From a virus (taxonomy: Duplodnaviria > Caudoviricetes): DNA of 52,798 nucleotides. The stretch covers positions 1 through 52,798 of IMG/VR virus record IMGVR_UViG_3300009182_000084; one strand, 5' to 3'. Position numbers and translations under genes: made by a program. This document shows, piece after piece, positions 44,202 through 52,798 of the stretch. The notes under the pieces are model-generated. The model had not been told where the DNA came from and did not search any database. It saw only the letters and a program-made list of their open reading frames with translations. Positions within the stretch are counted from its first letter, which is position 1, and the number at the start of each line of letters is the position of its first letter.

Positions 44202-44263
44202 GTTGTTATTACTTTCGGTAGTGAGGCTTTCGCTCTCGGTTGAATTTGAGGTCTTGCGACTCT

Positions 44264-44743
44264 CTATTTTGATTGTACAGCATCTCTCCAGCGTTCCACA
44301 AGAACATCTGTCAAGTCACTGTGTAAACTCCACTCTACACGAGGTGAGTTCAAAAGTCCACGACTCTCGAATTCCTCAATGGTTATTTCAATTAGTTCAC
44401 GTGTGTAAACACGATTACCATTAACTTTTTTACCATTAAGGCTCTTAGAACGCAAACGGTAGGGAGCTCCTGGAATGTAGCCCTTCTTCTCCCATAGTCG
44501 GATGGTTACGATTTGTTTTTCTAGTGCTAATGCTAATGCACCAATAGTAAACACCTCGGTCTCCACCCCACGAATGGTTTTAATGATTGGGTTTGAGTCC
44601 CAGCCATTAGAACCAGTCATGGCTTTGGAACGGCGTTTGTCTGCTACTGGAGTAGACACACGACGTTGTTTCTTAGAACCAGGCGCACGGTCTAGACCCT
44701 CAAAAGCTTTGAGGATTTCTTCGTCTGAACGCATTCCTGGCAT
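44264..44743 (-). CDS. MerR-type HTH DNA-binding protein
   Basis: FTIGALALALEKQIVTIRLWEKKGYIP...RVYT. Confidence 0.75.
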   Translation of the reverse strand: MPGMRSDEEILKAFEGLDRAPGSKKQRRVSTPVADKRRSKAMTGSNGWDSNPIIKTIRGVETEVFTIGALALALEKQIVTIRLWEKKGYIPGAPYRLRSKSLNGKKVNGNRVYTRELIEITIEEFESRGLLNSPRVEWSLHSDLTDVLVERWRDAVQSK

Positions 44744-44746
44744 TTA

Positions 44747-45184
44747 TTACTTCCTAGTCCACAAAGCCCATGTTACCTTAGTTGGAAACATCTCGTCAAG
44801 TTGTTCCTCGGTAATTTTGTCTTCGTAGTAGGCAGCCATCAAAGCGTCTTCATTGATGGTGCGTTTAAACTCGTAAACCTCAAGACCAAGACCCAGTTGT
44901 TCAATGATTTCATCTGCCTTGAGTTCATCAAGAACACGACTTGCACGGCGTTGCTTTTCAAGCACAGTTACACCATCGGCACTAAAACCTAGTGATAGTT
45001 GAATGTTGCCACTAGAGTCCTCTTGACCTTCAAGCTCAATCTTTTCCATGAACTTCTTGTTGAGTTCTTTAGCGCGTGCATCCATAATTTTGATGGATTC
45101 TTTGATACGAACAAACTCCCGTACCTGAGCTTCAAAGCTCTCTGGGTCAGCGAACTGACGTCCTTCTTCTGGTATTAATGCCAT
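44747..45184 (-). CDS. hypothetical protein (coiled-coil N-terminus)
   Basis: 145 aa, AGGAGG SD. Confidence 0.8.
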   Translation of the reverse strand: MALIPEEGRQFADPESFEAQVREFVRIKESIKIMDARAKELNKKFMEKIELEGQEDSSGNIQLSLGFSADGVTVLEKQRRASRVLDELKADEIIEQLGLGLEVYEFKRTINEDALMAAYYEDKITEEQLDEMFPTKVTWALWTRK

Positions 45185-45193
45185 AATTGCCTC

Positions 45194-46747
45194 CTAAATT
45201 AATTTGTTACCTAAGAAGTCTATCAAACTTCCTACTGTTAAATCAACACCACCCTTGGAGTTGATATTAGAACCATCTAAGATAGCTCCAGCTATATTGC
45301 CTTTTTGTTTTAACATGTCGTGTTGACGTTGCTCAATCGACCCTGTAACTAATATATCTTGAATTGTAATTGTTGTCCAGTCGCTGGACGTACGATTTAT
45401 TCTACCATTACGTTGAACTGCGAGTCCAGAACTCCATGGCTGGTCGTAGTTAATTAAGAGATTAGCTTGAGGAAGGTCAACACCATAACCCCCAGCATCA
45501 GAAGATACCAAAACTCTGGTGTCTTCTTGAGTCTGGAACGTGACCTTGGCTTCTTCTTTTTGTTTAGCATTCATCTTTCCTGTGTACCCAACAGCCCCAT
45601 AGCCCTTGGCGTTTAACCTAGATACAATCTCATCAACAGAATCTAGATAAGTAGAGAATACAACGGCTTTGTATGTCGGGTCAATGTCAAGATGGTCTTG
45701 TAAGTAAGAGAGGGTGGCATCTAACTTAGGAGTTTTATGTAAGTCTGCTAAGTGTTCTGACAAAGAGTTTATATATGCACTGCCCTTACCAGTGTGGTTG
45801 TCAAACTCTGCGGAGCTCTTTTGTAAAACTTGTGGGCTAGAGCACAACATTCGTAAGGCCCCGATTCTAGACATAATCTGCCCCCGCATTTCATTGGCGG
45901 GGTCACCTGGGTCAAATGACTGTCCATAGTGTGCAGACAAACTAAACGAAGTACCAAAAGATTCTCTAGCTTCTATAAGTAATGTCATTAAATCTGTTGC
46001 TATTAGGTTGTAGAGTTTTTGAGCTTTATTATCTAGAGGTATTGTTAGTGGCTCACGATAAACGGCATCTGGAAGAAAAGGCTTAACATCCCCATCTTTT
46101 TGTGACTTTCGTACAGTGTGATTTTGAATTGTTTTATTTAATACAGGTAAGTTTCTGTATCTTTGAACTCCACCAAAATGATTACGAACAATAAAGGTTT
46201 TGTCAAAAATATCAAAGCGACCAAGAACATGTGGATTAACAAACTGCATAATAGAAAAGATTTCTTCTGGCCTACCATTTTCAATTGGGGTACCAGTTAA
46301 TGCAAACCTGATATCAATATTTTTTGAAATCTCTTTTACTTTTTTAGCTCTTTTAGCACGAAAACCTTTTATAGCGGTCGCTTCGTCACAAACGATAGCA
46401 TCAAAGTTAAAAGTTTTAATAACATCCCAGTCGTTTACCACCTGTTCATAGTTCATGATTACGTACTCGTAATCGAAAATCTGTTCGTATTGTTTGGCCC
46501 TTTGGGCTGGAGTTCCATCAATAACTAAAGCTGTAGAGTCACTAAATTTATTTATTTCTTTTTGCCACTGATACTTCAAAGAAGCCAGGCATAAAACTAA
46601 AGTACGAGAAGGAGAAAGCTCCTCCACCGCAGCAATAGTCATTGGGGTTTTACCTAAGCCCATTTCATAGGCTACTAGGATTTGTTTTGATTCAACCATC
46701 TTTTTGACGGCATCAACTTGGTAGGGTTTAAGAGTTCCCTTGAACAT
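45194..46747 (-). CDS. SNF2-like superfamily 2 helicase
   Basis: MGLGKT, CDEA, LTGTPIEN, GGYGVDL, QRNGRINR; start at MFKGTLKPYQ. Confidence 0.92.
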   Translation of the reverse strand: MFKGTLKPYQVDAVKKMVESKQILVAYEMGLGKTPMTIAAVEELSPSRTLVLCLASLKYQWQKEINKFSDSTALVIDGTPAQRAKQYEQIFDYEYVIMNYEQVVNDWDVIKTFNFDAIVCDEATAIKGFRAKRAKKVKEISKNIDIRFALTGTPIENGRPEEIFSIMQFVNPHVLGRFDIFDKTFIVRNHFGGVQRYRNLPVLNKTIQNHTVRKSQKDGDVKPFLPDAVYREPLTIPLDNKAQKLYNLIATDLMTLLIEARESFGTSFSLSAHYGQSFDPGDPANEMRGQIMSRIGALRMLCSSPQVLQKSSAEFDNHTGKGSAYINSLSEHLADLHKTPKLDATLSYLQDHLDIDPTYKAVVFSTYLDSVDEIVSRLNAKGYGAVGYTGKMNAKQKEEAKVTFQTQEDTRVLVSSDAGGYGVDLPQANLLINYDQPWSSGLAVQRNGRINRTSSDWTTITIQDILVTGSIEQRQHDMLKQKGNIAGAILDGSNINSKGGVDLTVGSLIDFLGNKLI

Positions 46748-47705
46748 AAGCAAGTTCTCCGAGTACTGACGATTTAGCATTCGCAATTCCCCATGCTAGT
46801 TGCTCGTCTGTAAGGTCGCCTGGGTCTTTTGCTCCACTACTACCATAGTTGAAAAAGAACAGATTTAAACCGTATTTGCGTGCAAATTTACGCATCTCAT
46901 TTGAAGCTTTCATTCCTGCTGCATCGGTGTCAAATGCACAAATAATTTTGTCTGATGAACGAAGAAGTTTTACTTGTTCTTCTGAGACAATTGCTCCGCA
47001 AGTTGCTACAGCACCAGGGATACCAGCACTAGAAATACGCAAGCAGTCAAGAGGAGACTCAACGACAATAGCCATGGATTCATTTTGTTTCTCAATTCCA
47101 AATAGGGTAATAGATTTTTTTAGTCCAGCTGGACGATTAAAGAATGTACGAAACTTAGTTCCCTTTTCTTGCCAACCAAGAAGCTTGCCACTTTGAGGTT
47201 CACGCAATGGAAGAATCCATGTTTCTTTTTTACTATCCCACAAAACACCGTACTCGTTTACCGATTCAATAGTGATGTTTCTAGAAACTAGTTGCTCTTT
47301 AGTTGGTTCAACAAAGATTGCTAAACGAGCCTCTGACATTGCTAGTGGTTTTGGAGCTTCTTCAATTCTATTGGGAAGAGCTTTGACCATCTCCAAAAGT
47401 TTTTCTACAGGAATAGAGTAGATGTCGGAAAGCCATGCACGAGCAGCTGCATAATCATATGAATACGAGCCATCATAGTTCTTGAGGTAAAACTCATTTA
47501 CATCGCAAACCAATTGCGCAATGTTGCCCTTGTATCCACAAGAAAAACAAATGTGCATTCCAGTCTCAGTGTTAATCCACCAAGATGGAGAATTATCTTG
47601 TTTACCAGTGCGAGCAATGTGACCTGGGCAAAGACCATTGGCCTCATGTCCTCGTTGGCTAACTTCGATACCTAGCGCATCAAGCGCTTTAACTACATCA
47701 ATCAT
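46728..47705 (-). CDS. dnaG: DNA primase (CHC2 zinc finger + TOPRIM)
   Basis: CPGH...CFSC; VVESPLD; FDTDAAG; KDPGD. Confidence 0.9.
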   Translation of the reverse strand: MIDVVKALDALGIEVSQRGHEANGLCPGHIARTGKQDNSPSWWINTETGMHICFSCGYKGNIAQLVCDVNEFYLKNYDGSYSYDYAAARAWLSDIYSIPVEKLLEMVKALPNRIEEAPKPLAMSEARLAIFVEPTKEQLVSRNITIESVNEYGVLWDSKKETWILPLREPQSGKLLGWQEKGTKFRTFFNRPAGLKKSITLFGIEKQNESMAIVVESPLDCLRISSAGIPGAVATCGAIVSEEQVKLLRSSDKIICAFDTDAAGMKASNEMRKFARKYGLNLFFFNYGSSGAKDPGDLTDEQLAWGIANAKSSVLGELAYVQGNS

Positions 47706-48958
47706 TAGATTTTCATGCTGTAAGGAGTGCAATACTTACAGCTGTCTTTCTTTGCATCGTCGTGAAAACACCCAGTGTCCCATCTCCAAGTAATTGAGTT
47801 AGTTTCAGGACCACAGTTACGAGCCTGAACAACCTTTAGTAGACGAACCTGTTCCTCATCTTCAACTGGCTCAAGACCCAAGATTACATCGGAGTCCTGA
47901 AAAAACGATGAAGAGTAACCAATAGAGTCCGCAGAAACTTTACCGCCCTTCATCTTCCAAAGAAGAGTCTGAGTAGAGATAACTACAGGAATGTCGAGCT
48001 TTTGTGCAACACGCTTCAATGAACGAGTGATATTAGTCAAAGCCTGCGGAGTGTTAGCCTCACCAGTAACCTGGTCAAGCATAAGATACACACCATCAAC
48101 AAAAAGAACGTCTGGCTTCAGCTGCTCTGCTTTTGCGAGCAAAGAGTCTACAGTCAAACCGTTTACAGCATCAACAAAGTGAAACGGGTGTTGAGACTTC
48201 AGGTTGTCAATCACGTTAATCAAACGGTCTTCTTCAATATCATTCAACTTACCTAGACGAAGCTTGTCGCTAGGAACGTGAGCAGTCATAGCCAAGTAAC
48301 GCTGAGTCTGCTCGTGGTTGTTCATCTCAAAAGACTGAAACATAGGAACCTTGCCAGAAGCATGAATGTTTGCAGCAATTCTCAAACAAATTTGAGACTT
48401 ACCAGTTTTAGGAGGAGCAATAACAGTAATCAACTGTCCACCTTGCAGACCAGCCGTTGCCATATCAATCTTCTCAAAGCCAGTAGGAATACCTAGAAAC
48501 TCAGAGTTTTGAACGAGCTGGTATTCTTCCCAAAACTTGTCTGGGTTCTTGGTCAAGTCAATGTGAGTTGTTCCCACAATACCTTGGTCATTAACCAAAG
48601 TAATCGCTTTGCTCATCTCAATAAGCGCTGATTCATGGTCATTGAGGTTAAGCTTTTCAACTACGTTCTCAACACCGTTACGAGTAATAGTACGGCGACG
48701 GAACTCAACCATCTTGTCAATCAAGTAATCAAGGCTGTCTTCAACCTTAAGAGTCTTGAAGTTTGGGAAGTTGTCATTGACCGCTACTGCAGTTGGGACC
48801 TCACGATAGTTTGCGTAGTGGTCACGAACAAACTTCCAAACACGACGCAAGTCATCATCAACAATCCAGTCGTCTTTGATGCCACGTTCCAAAACAGGAA
48901 TAATGTTCCTGTCAAGAATTATTTTACTTACAAGACGATACTCGTTATCTGCTGCCAT
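47705..48958 (-). CDS. dnaB: DnaB-like replicative helicase
   Basis: GIPTGF..ID, APPKTGKS, SFEM, FVDG, LKRVA, QDSD. Confidence 0.92.
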   Translation of the reverse strand: MAADNEYRLVSKIILDRNIIPVLERGIKDDWIVDDDLRRVWKFVRDHYANYREVPTAVAVNDNFPNFKTLKVEDSLDYLIDKMVEFRRRTITRNGVENVVEKLNLNDHESALIEMSKAITLVNDQGIVGTTHIDLTKNPDKFWEEYQLVQNSEFLGIPTGFEKIDMATAGLQGGQLITVIAPPKTGKSQICLRIAANIHASGKVPMFQSFEMNNHEQTQRYLAMTAHVPSDKLRLGKLNDIEEDRLINVIDNLKSQHPFHFVDAVNGLTVDSLLAKAEQLKPDVLFVDGVYLMLDQVTGEANTPQALTNITRSLKRVAQKLDIPVVISTQTLLWKMKGGKVSADSIGYSSSFFQDSDVILGLEPVEDEEQVRLLKVVQARNCGPETNSITWRWDTGCFHDDAKKDSCKYCTPYSMKI

Positions 48959-48975
48959 TTTGCCCTCCTACTTTT

Positions 48976-49395
48976 TTAAAGATTCTCTAGTTCGATTCCT
49001 GCAGAACCATATCTTGCCACACGTTCCCTAATATCCACAACACCTTTCAAATTATTGCGGTAAGGAAGTTCTCCAATAAAGTCCTCGATGTCGTTGTAGA
49101 GTTCCGCATAGTTAAATGGGTTACCTCCACGACGGTCCAACTTATCCATTACATCATCTAGTTTCTTCTGTGTCCAGAGCTCGCTAGAAAAACCAGCCAA
49201 CTCCACTGATAGTCCATACTTGTTTGAGATGTTCCAGAGTTGTGAAAGAGCAAGGTTCTTTAGTCCCCTTACTTTTCTTTCTGTTACTGGTGGTAGAAAT
49301 ATTTTGTTAGTTGTTTCAACATCTGAATCAAGAACCACGTCTACTAGAACAATGATTCGTGGAGATGTTTCATTTGAAATGTCTCCGCCCTTCAT
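48976..49395 (-). CDS. hypothetical protein, possibly degenerate HAD-like fold
   Basis: MKGGDISN...RIIVLVDVVL. Confidence 0.6.
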   Translation of the reverse strand: MKGGDISNETSPRIIVLVDVVLDSDVETTNKIFLPPVTERKVRGLKNLALSQLWNISNKYGLSVELAGFSSELWTQKKLDDVMDKLDRRGGNPFNYAELYNDIEDFIGELPYRNNLKGVVDIRERVARYGSAGIELENL

Positions 49396-49700
49396 TCAAG
49401 CACCTCTACTGGAGCATACTTAATAATGAATTGTCTAAAAGCTTCTGAGTTTGCCATAGCTTCATAAGCCTCTTCATCTGGAACATTTTCGGGAATACGT
49501 ATTGCGTAATGTCCTTCGTTCTTTTCCATGTGTTCTTTTACGTAATTAACGTGCTTGCACCTTGCTCTAGACATGAATGATGGGCAACTACAGCGCACTT
49601 TTTTATTATTTTCCACATCAATTTGAACTTCACAAACACCGTCTTCAGACAAAAACATTTGAACGGTTCTCCAGTCAATATCCATTTTTTGTCCCTTCAT
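49392..49700 (-). CDS. SWIM zinc-finger protein
   Basis: CSCPSF....CKH. Confidence 0.8.
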   Translation of the reverse strand: MKGQKMDIDWRTVQMFLSEDGVCEVQIDVENNKKVRCSCPSFMSRARCKHVNYVKEHMEKNEGHYAIRIPENVPDEEAYEAMANSEAFRQFIIKYAPVEVLE

Positions 49701-50422
49701 TATTTCTTGCGAAGGTCTTCACCCTTGATACGGACACGAATAAACGCTTCGTGTGCAAAGCTGCCCATAGCTTCGCCATACTGTTCTTTCCAAACTTCAC
49801 GGGCCACGTTTGTAGTGATGATTGTTGGGAGTGCTTTGTCATAACGACTACGAAGAATCTCATCAAACGAAGTGTCGTCATACTTTGAACCATATTCCTT
49901 GCCAAGGTCATCAAGAACCAAAACACGGACATTCAAGTGGTCATCTTTTGCACGACCATGAAACCCCTCCATCTCTCGATAAAGGTCTTTCTTGCTTTCA
50001 GAGTCAGCGTCAATCAAAGCCTTCTTGCGAGAAAGAAATTCTGGGAAAGTCATGTAGTAAACAGGACGAGCATTCATCCCATAGTTTTCTGCACTCATTC
50101 CAAGAACCTCACGAGCCTGGTCGTTTTCTTCTGGAAGACGACGAACAAACTCCATCAAAGAAGTTACAGCATGCGTAGTTTTTCCTAGACCTGGACCACC
50201 ATCAAACAAAAGTCCAACGCCAGTAGTTCCTAGTCCACCTACCTGCTTGATAACCTCGCCATCAAGAGCCTGCTCTAGCCAGTCCTCAATGATTGCAGGA
50301 AAACTGCCCATGGTCTTTGCGATATCCGATGGCTCAAGACCAAGAAATCTGCGTGGAATGTTTGAATTTTTAAGCAACCAGTAGCGCTTGTTGCTTGATA
50401 GTGAATTGATGTCGTATGACAT
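49700..50422 (-). CDS. DnaC/IstB-like AAA+ ATPase (helicase loader)
   Basis: IPRRF, GGPGLGKT, LVLDDLGKE, RY....PTIITTN, GEDLR. Confidence 0.88.
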   Translation of the reverse strand: MSYDINSLSSNKRYWLLKNSNIPRRFLGLEPSDIAKTMGSFPAIIEDWLEQALDGEVIKQVGGLGTTGVGLLFDGGPGLGKTTHAVTSLMEFVRRLPEENDQAREVLGMSAENYGMNARPVYYMTFPEFLSRKKALIDADSESKKDLYREMEGFHGRAKDDHLNVRVLVLDDLGKEYGSKYDDTSFDEILRSRYDKALPTIITTNVAREVWKEQYGEAMGSFAHEAFIRVRIKGEDLRKK

Positions 50423-51369
50423 TATGCCCTCCTTAGTTTTTCTTCGTAACGTTCTAATGCTGCCCTACCTGGCATAGAGTTGTCAAACTCAGTACCATCT
50501 GATGCTTTAATAACTTCATCCATCTTAGTCTCAACCACAGTTACTGATGACTGCTCAGCTACAAAATTAGTGATTGCATTCAAGAAAACTCCGTGAGTAT
50601 TTTTTGGAAACTTACGAAGAGTAGCGACGTTTCTAGCATCTGAAAAGAACTTGTCCATTGCAGCTATTTCTACTGCAGCAGTAGTCCCATACTTCTTGCG
50701 GTTAGTAGCTAGAGCAATGGAAAGGCGTTTGGTATTGACCATCCCTGGAACTCCAGGAATCTTTGCATAAACACGGCTTGCAAATTCTGAAGCAACCATC
50801 TGTGCAGTCCACGATTCAGTAGGACGCTCACTACGGTGTGCCTTTGTCTTTGCCTGCTTTTGCGCTGCTGGTAGTTCGCCCTCAAGCAAACCTACACCAG
50901 CAATATCATCGTCATCATTCCAACGATTAACCATCTTGCCCTCCATCGGGGCCTTGGCCCCAAAAGAATACGAAGTATTCTTTACTATTGTCTTATCTGT
51001 ACCAGTAGTAACAATTACAGTATTACTATCAGCTGTTGATGTTGCATCTGTGAAACATGGTACAACACTATTTGGTGCTGTGTCAACACCCTCATGTTTA
51101 TTTTTGAAACATGGACTAATCAAACGATAATTGTTTTTATGGAGCTTGCCAAGATTGCGCTTGGTGCGGTTAATTGCTAGCAGACCCTTTGACTCTAGCA
51201 CAGACATGTCCCGCCACAATGTTGTGCGGCTAAGGCCCGTTGCTATTCCTAAAGTATCCATGGTTGCGTCTACCCCACCATTAGAATCTGCCATTCGATT
51301 CATAATAGCAAACAGGTAGAATTCATTAGGTTTTAGACCCATGTCCAAAACCTCATCAGGTATTTCCAA
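50422..51369 (-). CDS. putative replication initiator with N-terminal winged HTH
   Basis: TLGIATGLSRTTLWRDMSVLESKGLL..NNYRL; directly upstream of DnaC-like gene. Confidence 0.7.
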   Translation of the reverse strand: MEIPDEVLDMGLKPNEFYLFAIMNRMADSNGGVDATMDTLGIATGLSRTTLWRDMSVLESKGLLAINRTKRNLGKLHKNNYRLISPCFKNKHEGVDTAPNSVVPCFTDATSTADSNTVIVTTGTDKTIVKNTSYSFGAKAPMEGKMVNRWNDDDDIAGVGLLEGELPAAQKQAKTKAHRSERPTESWTAQMVASEFASRVYAKIPGVPGMVNTKRLSIALATNRKKYGTTAAVEIAAMDKFFSDARNVATLRKFPKNTHGVFLNAITNFVAEQSSVTVVETKMDEVIKASDGTEFDNSMPGRAALERYEEKLRRA

Positions 51370-51377
51370 TTGCCCTC

Positions 51378-51638
51378 CTAGTAGTTACGTCTGGAAGTCT
51401 GAACAACAGTTGGTTTATTAACCAACTTCATCAGAGCCAGAGCTATAAAACTAGCAGCTGGGGCAGAAATAAACAAGTGCAACTGAAATCCAGAAAAAAT
51501 ACACATTGCAAGTGTGGCAAGAGGAAGGGTAAAAATTCCTTTAACAAATCCCGCAGGAATAGTGAGAATCAGTAAAATAGCTTCAACAATATATGCCACT
51601 GCACTACCAGCAAGCACTACTTCAAAAAAAGTTTCCAT
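51378..51638 (-). CDS. small membrane protein (holin-like)
   Basis: 86 aa, about three hydrophobic segments, basic C-terminus; TAGTAT-N6-ATG. Confidence 0.6.
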   Translation of the reverse strand: METFFEVVLAGSAVAYIVEAILLILTIPAGFVKGIFTLPLATLAMCIFSGFQLHLFISAPAASFIALALMKLVNKPTVVQTSRRNY

Positions 51639-51650
51639 GTTTCTATACTA

Positions 51651-52798
51651 CTATGAAATTCCATATGGCAATATGCCAGAAGGTCCATACGCATTTGTAA
51701 CTCCAGCAGAACCATTTCCTGCCGTAATTACGTAGGGGGTGTTTATTGGAAGAATATTACTAATTTGATATTTTAAAAGTTCAATATTATTTGTAATATC
51801 TCGGTATAAACCACAACCAAAATTAGCAGAAGTAATATTATTTATTGAAAAAGTATTTGGAGTAACTCCAGGTTGAAAATAATCAGTTGCAGAATAAGTA
51901 TTTTCAAGTTGAGGAGATGAAACTTCTACTATTTGGCCAGTGCCAGTTCCCGAAATTCCCACTAAATAACTAAAGTTATTATAAGAAGTTGTTGTTTTTG
52001 GTACGTACAGTGTTGTTTGAAATCTTTGCCACGTAGTTGTAAGAGTAGCTGTAACAGTAGAACTTATAACCGAAGTGGGCCAAGAATCAGAGGAGTATCC
52101 TTGAATGTAAACAGAAGTATTTAAATTTGAACCAGTAGTAACTCTCGCATACACAGAAAAAGTTACATATACTCCAGAAGGTGCGACTCCAAAAGTAATT
52201 GGGACCTTGCTCAAACTAAACGCTGTTGAACTAGTGGTAGTTAAAGCTTTGGCGTTTGATAGTGCGAGTGCTCCAGCATATGGTAGTGCTGAACCAGTAG
52301 TTACCGATGACCAACTTCCACCAGTACCAGTCCACGAAGGAAGGTTACTTCCACCATCGTTAATATAATTAAGTTTATTAGGTAATAGCCTAATTTTTAC
52401 AGAGCGAGCATCTCCATGGTAAAATCCATCATACATTTGTATGTAGCTAATACCTGTGTATGTACCCAAAACAGTAACCATGCTATTTGATGCGGAAATA
52501 ACCTCTGCAGCAGTTCCATTAATATCAATTATATCGCCTAATTTATACGGCATATTAGTGCCATTGTTGTATTCATTGGTCAAAGTTTTAGAAAAAAATC
52601 TAGTACTAGTTAACTGATTATTTCCACCAGCACCCGTTCCAGTAATACTTGAGATACTTACTACTGGAATTCTTTTAACTACACTAATTTTATCTACGTA
52701 ATAAGTTCCTGCAGTTTGCAAAACAATATTGATGAACATATAAACTGCGCCTGTAGGTGCCTGAATATTTTTATAACTTAAATAACTACTAGTAGTTA
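51651..52798 (-). CDS. 3' part of a tail/baseplate-associated protein with carbohydrate-binding-like modules; starts beyond window
   Basis: Frame stays open from 52739 to the edge (APTGAVY); YVTFSVYAR, LTTTWQRF, QLE motifs typical of phage tail CBM-like domains. Confidence 0.7.
   Translation of the reverse strand, partial: TTSSYLSYKNIQAPTGAVYMFINIVLQTAGTYYVDKISVVKRIPVVSISSITGTGAGGNNQLTSTRFFSKTLTNEYNNGTNMPYKLGDIIDINGTAAEVISASNSMVTVLGTYTGISYIQMYDGFYHGDARSVKIRLLPNKLNYINDGGSNLPSWTGTGGSWSSVTTGSALPYAGALALSNAKALTTTSSTAFSLSKVPITFGVAPSGVYVTFSVYARVTTGSNLNTSVYIQGYSSDSWPTSVISSTVTATLTTTWQRFQTTLYVPKTTTSYNNFSYLVGISGTGTGQIVEVSSPQLENTYSATDYFQPGVTPNTFSINNITSANFGCGLYRDITNNIELLKYQISNILPINTPYVITAGNGSAGVTNAYGPSGILPYGIS

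Noticed and set aside
21677-48958. Inteins or introns in nrdJ, recA, polA or dnaB
   Set aside because: All are continuous, of normal length, and lack splice-junction or homing-endonuclease motifs
1-52798. Stop-codon reassignment
   Set aside because: Conserved genes are intact in the standard code and TAA, TAG and TGA all serve as stops

Overview
A 52.8-kb piece of a large dsDNA bacteriophage genome, most likely infecting an Actinobacterium. Evidence for the host: two WhiB genes, an MSMEG_6728-type glycosylase, AGAAAGGAG-type ribosome-binding sites and TANNNT-N6-ATG leaderless starts. Layout: (i) 1-8571, minus-strand accessory and structural-like genes, including NlpC/P60, thioredoxin, tRNA-Thr, tRNA-Asn, an 80-nt tmRNA-like RNA and Hsp20; (ii) 8572-9084, a divergent non-coding region packed with an 11-bp-periodic RTAAC-N6-RTAAC box; (iii) 9085-21631, plus-strand small early-type genes, a MoxR-like AAA/vWA pair, a glycosylase, a HicA-like gene and WhiB; (iv) 21677-52798, a long minus-strand block with class II RNR, a TGT-like/HAD-like/nucleotidyltransferase cluster, large disordered basic proteins, SpoVS, and a full recombination/replication module (RuvC, Cas4-like nuclease, RecA, PolA, SSB, SNF2 helicase, primase, DnaB, DnaC-like loader, HTH initiator), ending in a tail-like gene cut by the window edge. 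The most unusual signals are: a tmRNA reduced to its tRNA-like domain; a roughly 4-kb strand-specific AG-dinucleotide desert that starts in the middle of nrdJ, spans the TGT-like gene and contains a 15-bp exact repeat; a thrice-repeated covarying triple-hairpin leader; and a hairpin displaying an anti-Shine-Dalgarno loop. All family calls come from motif recognition by eye; no database search was run.
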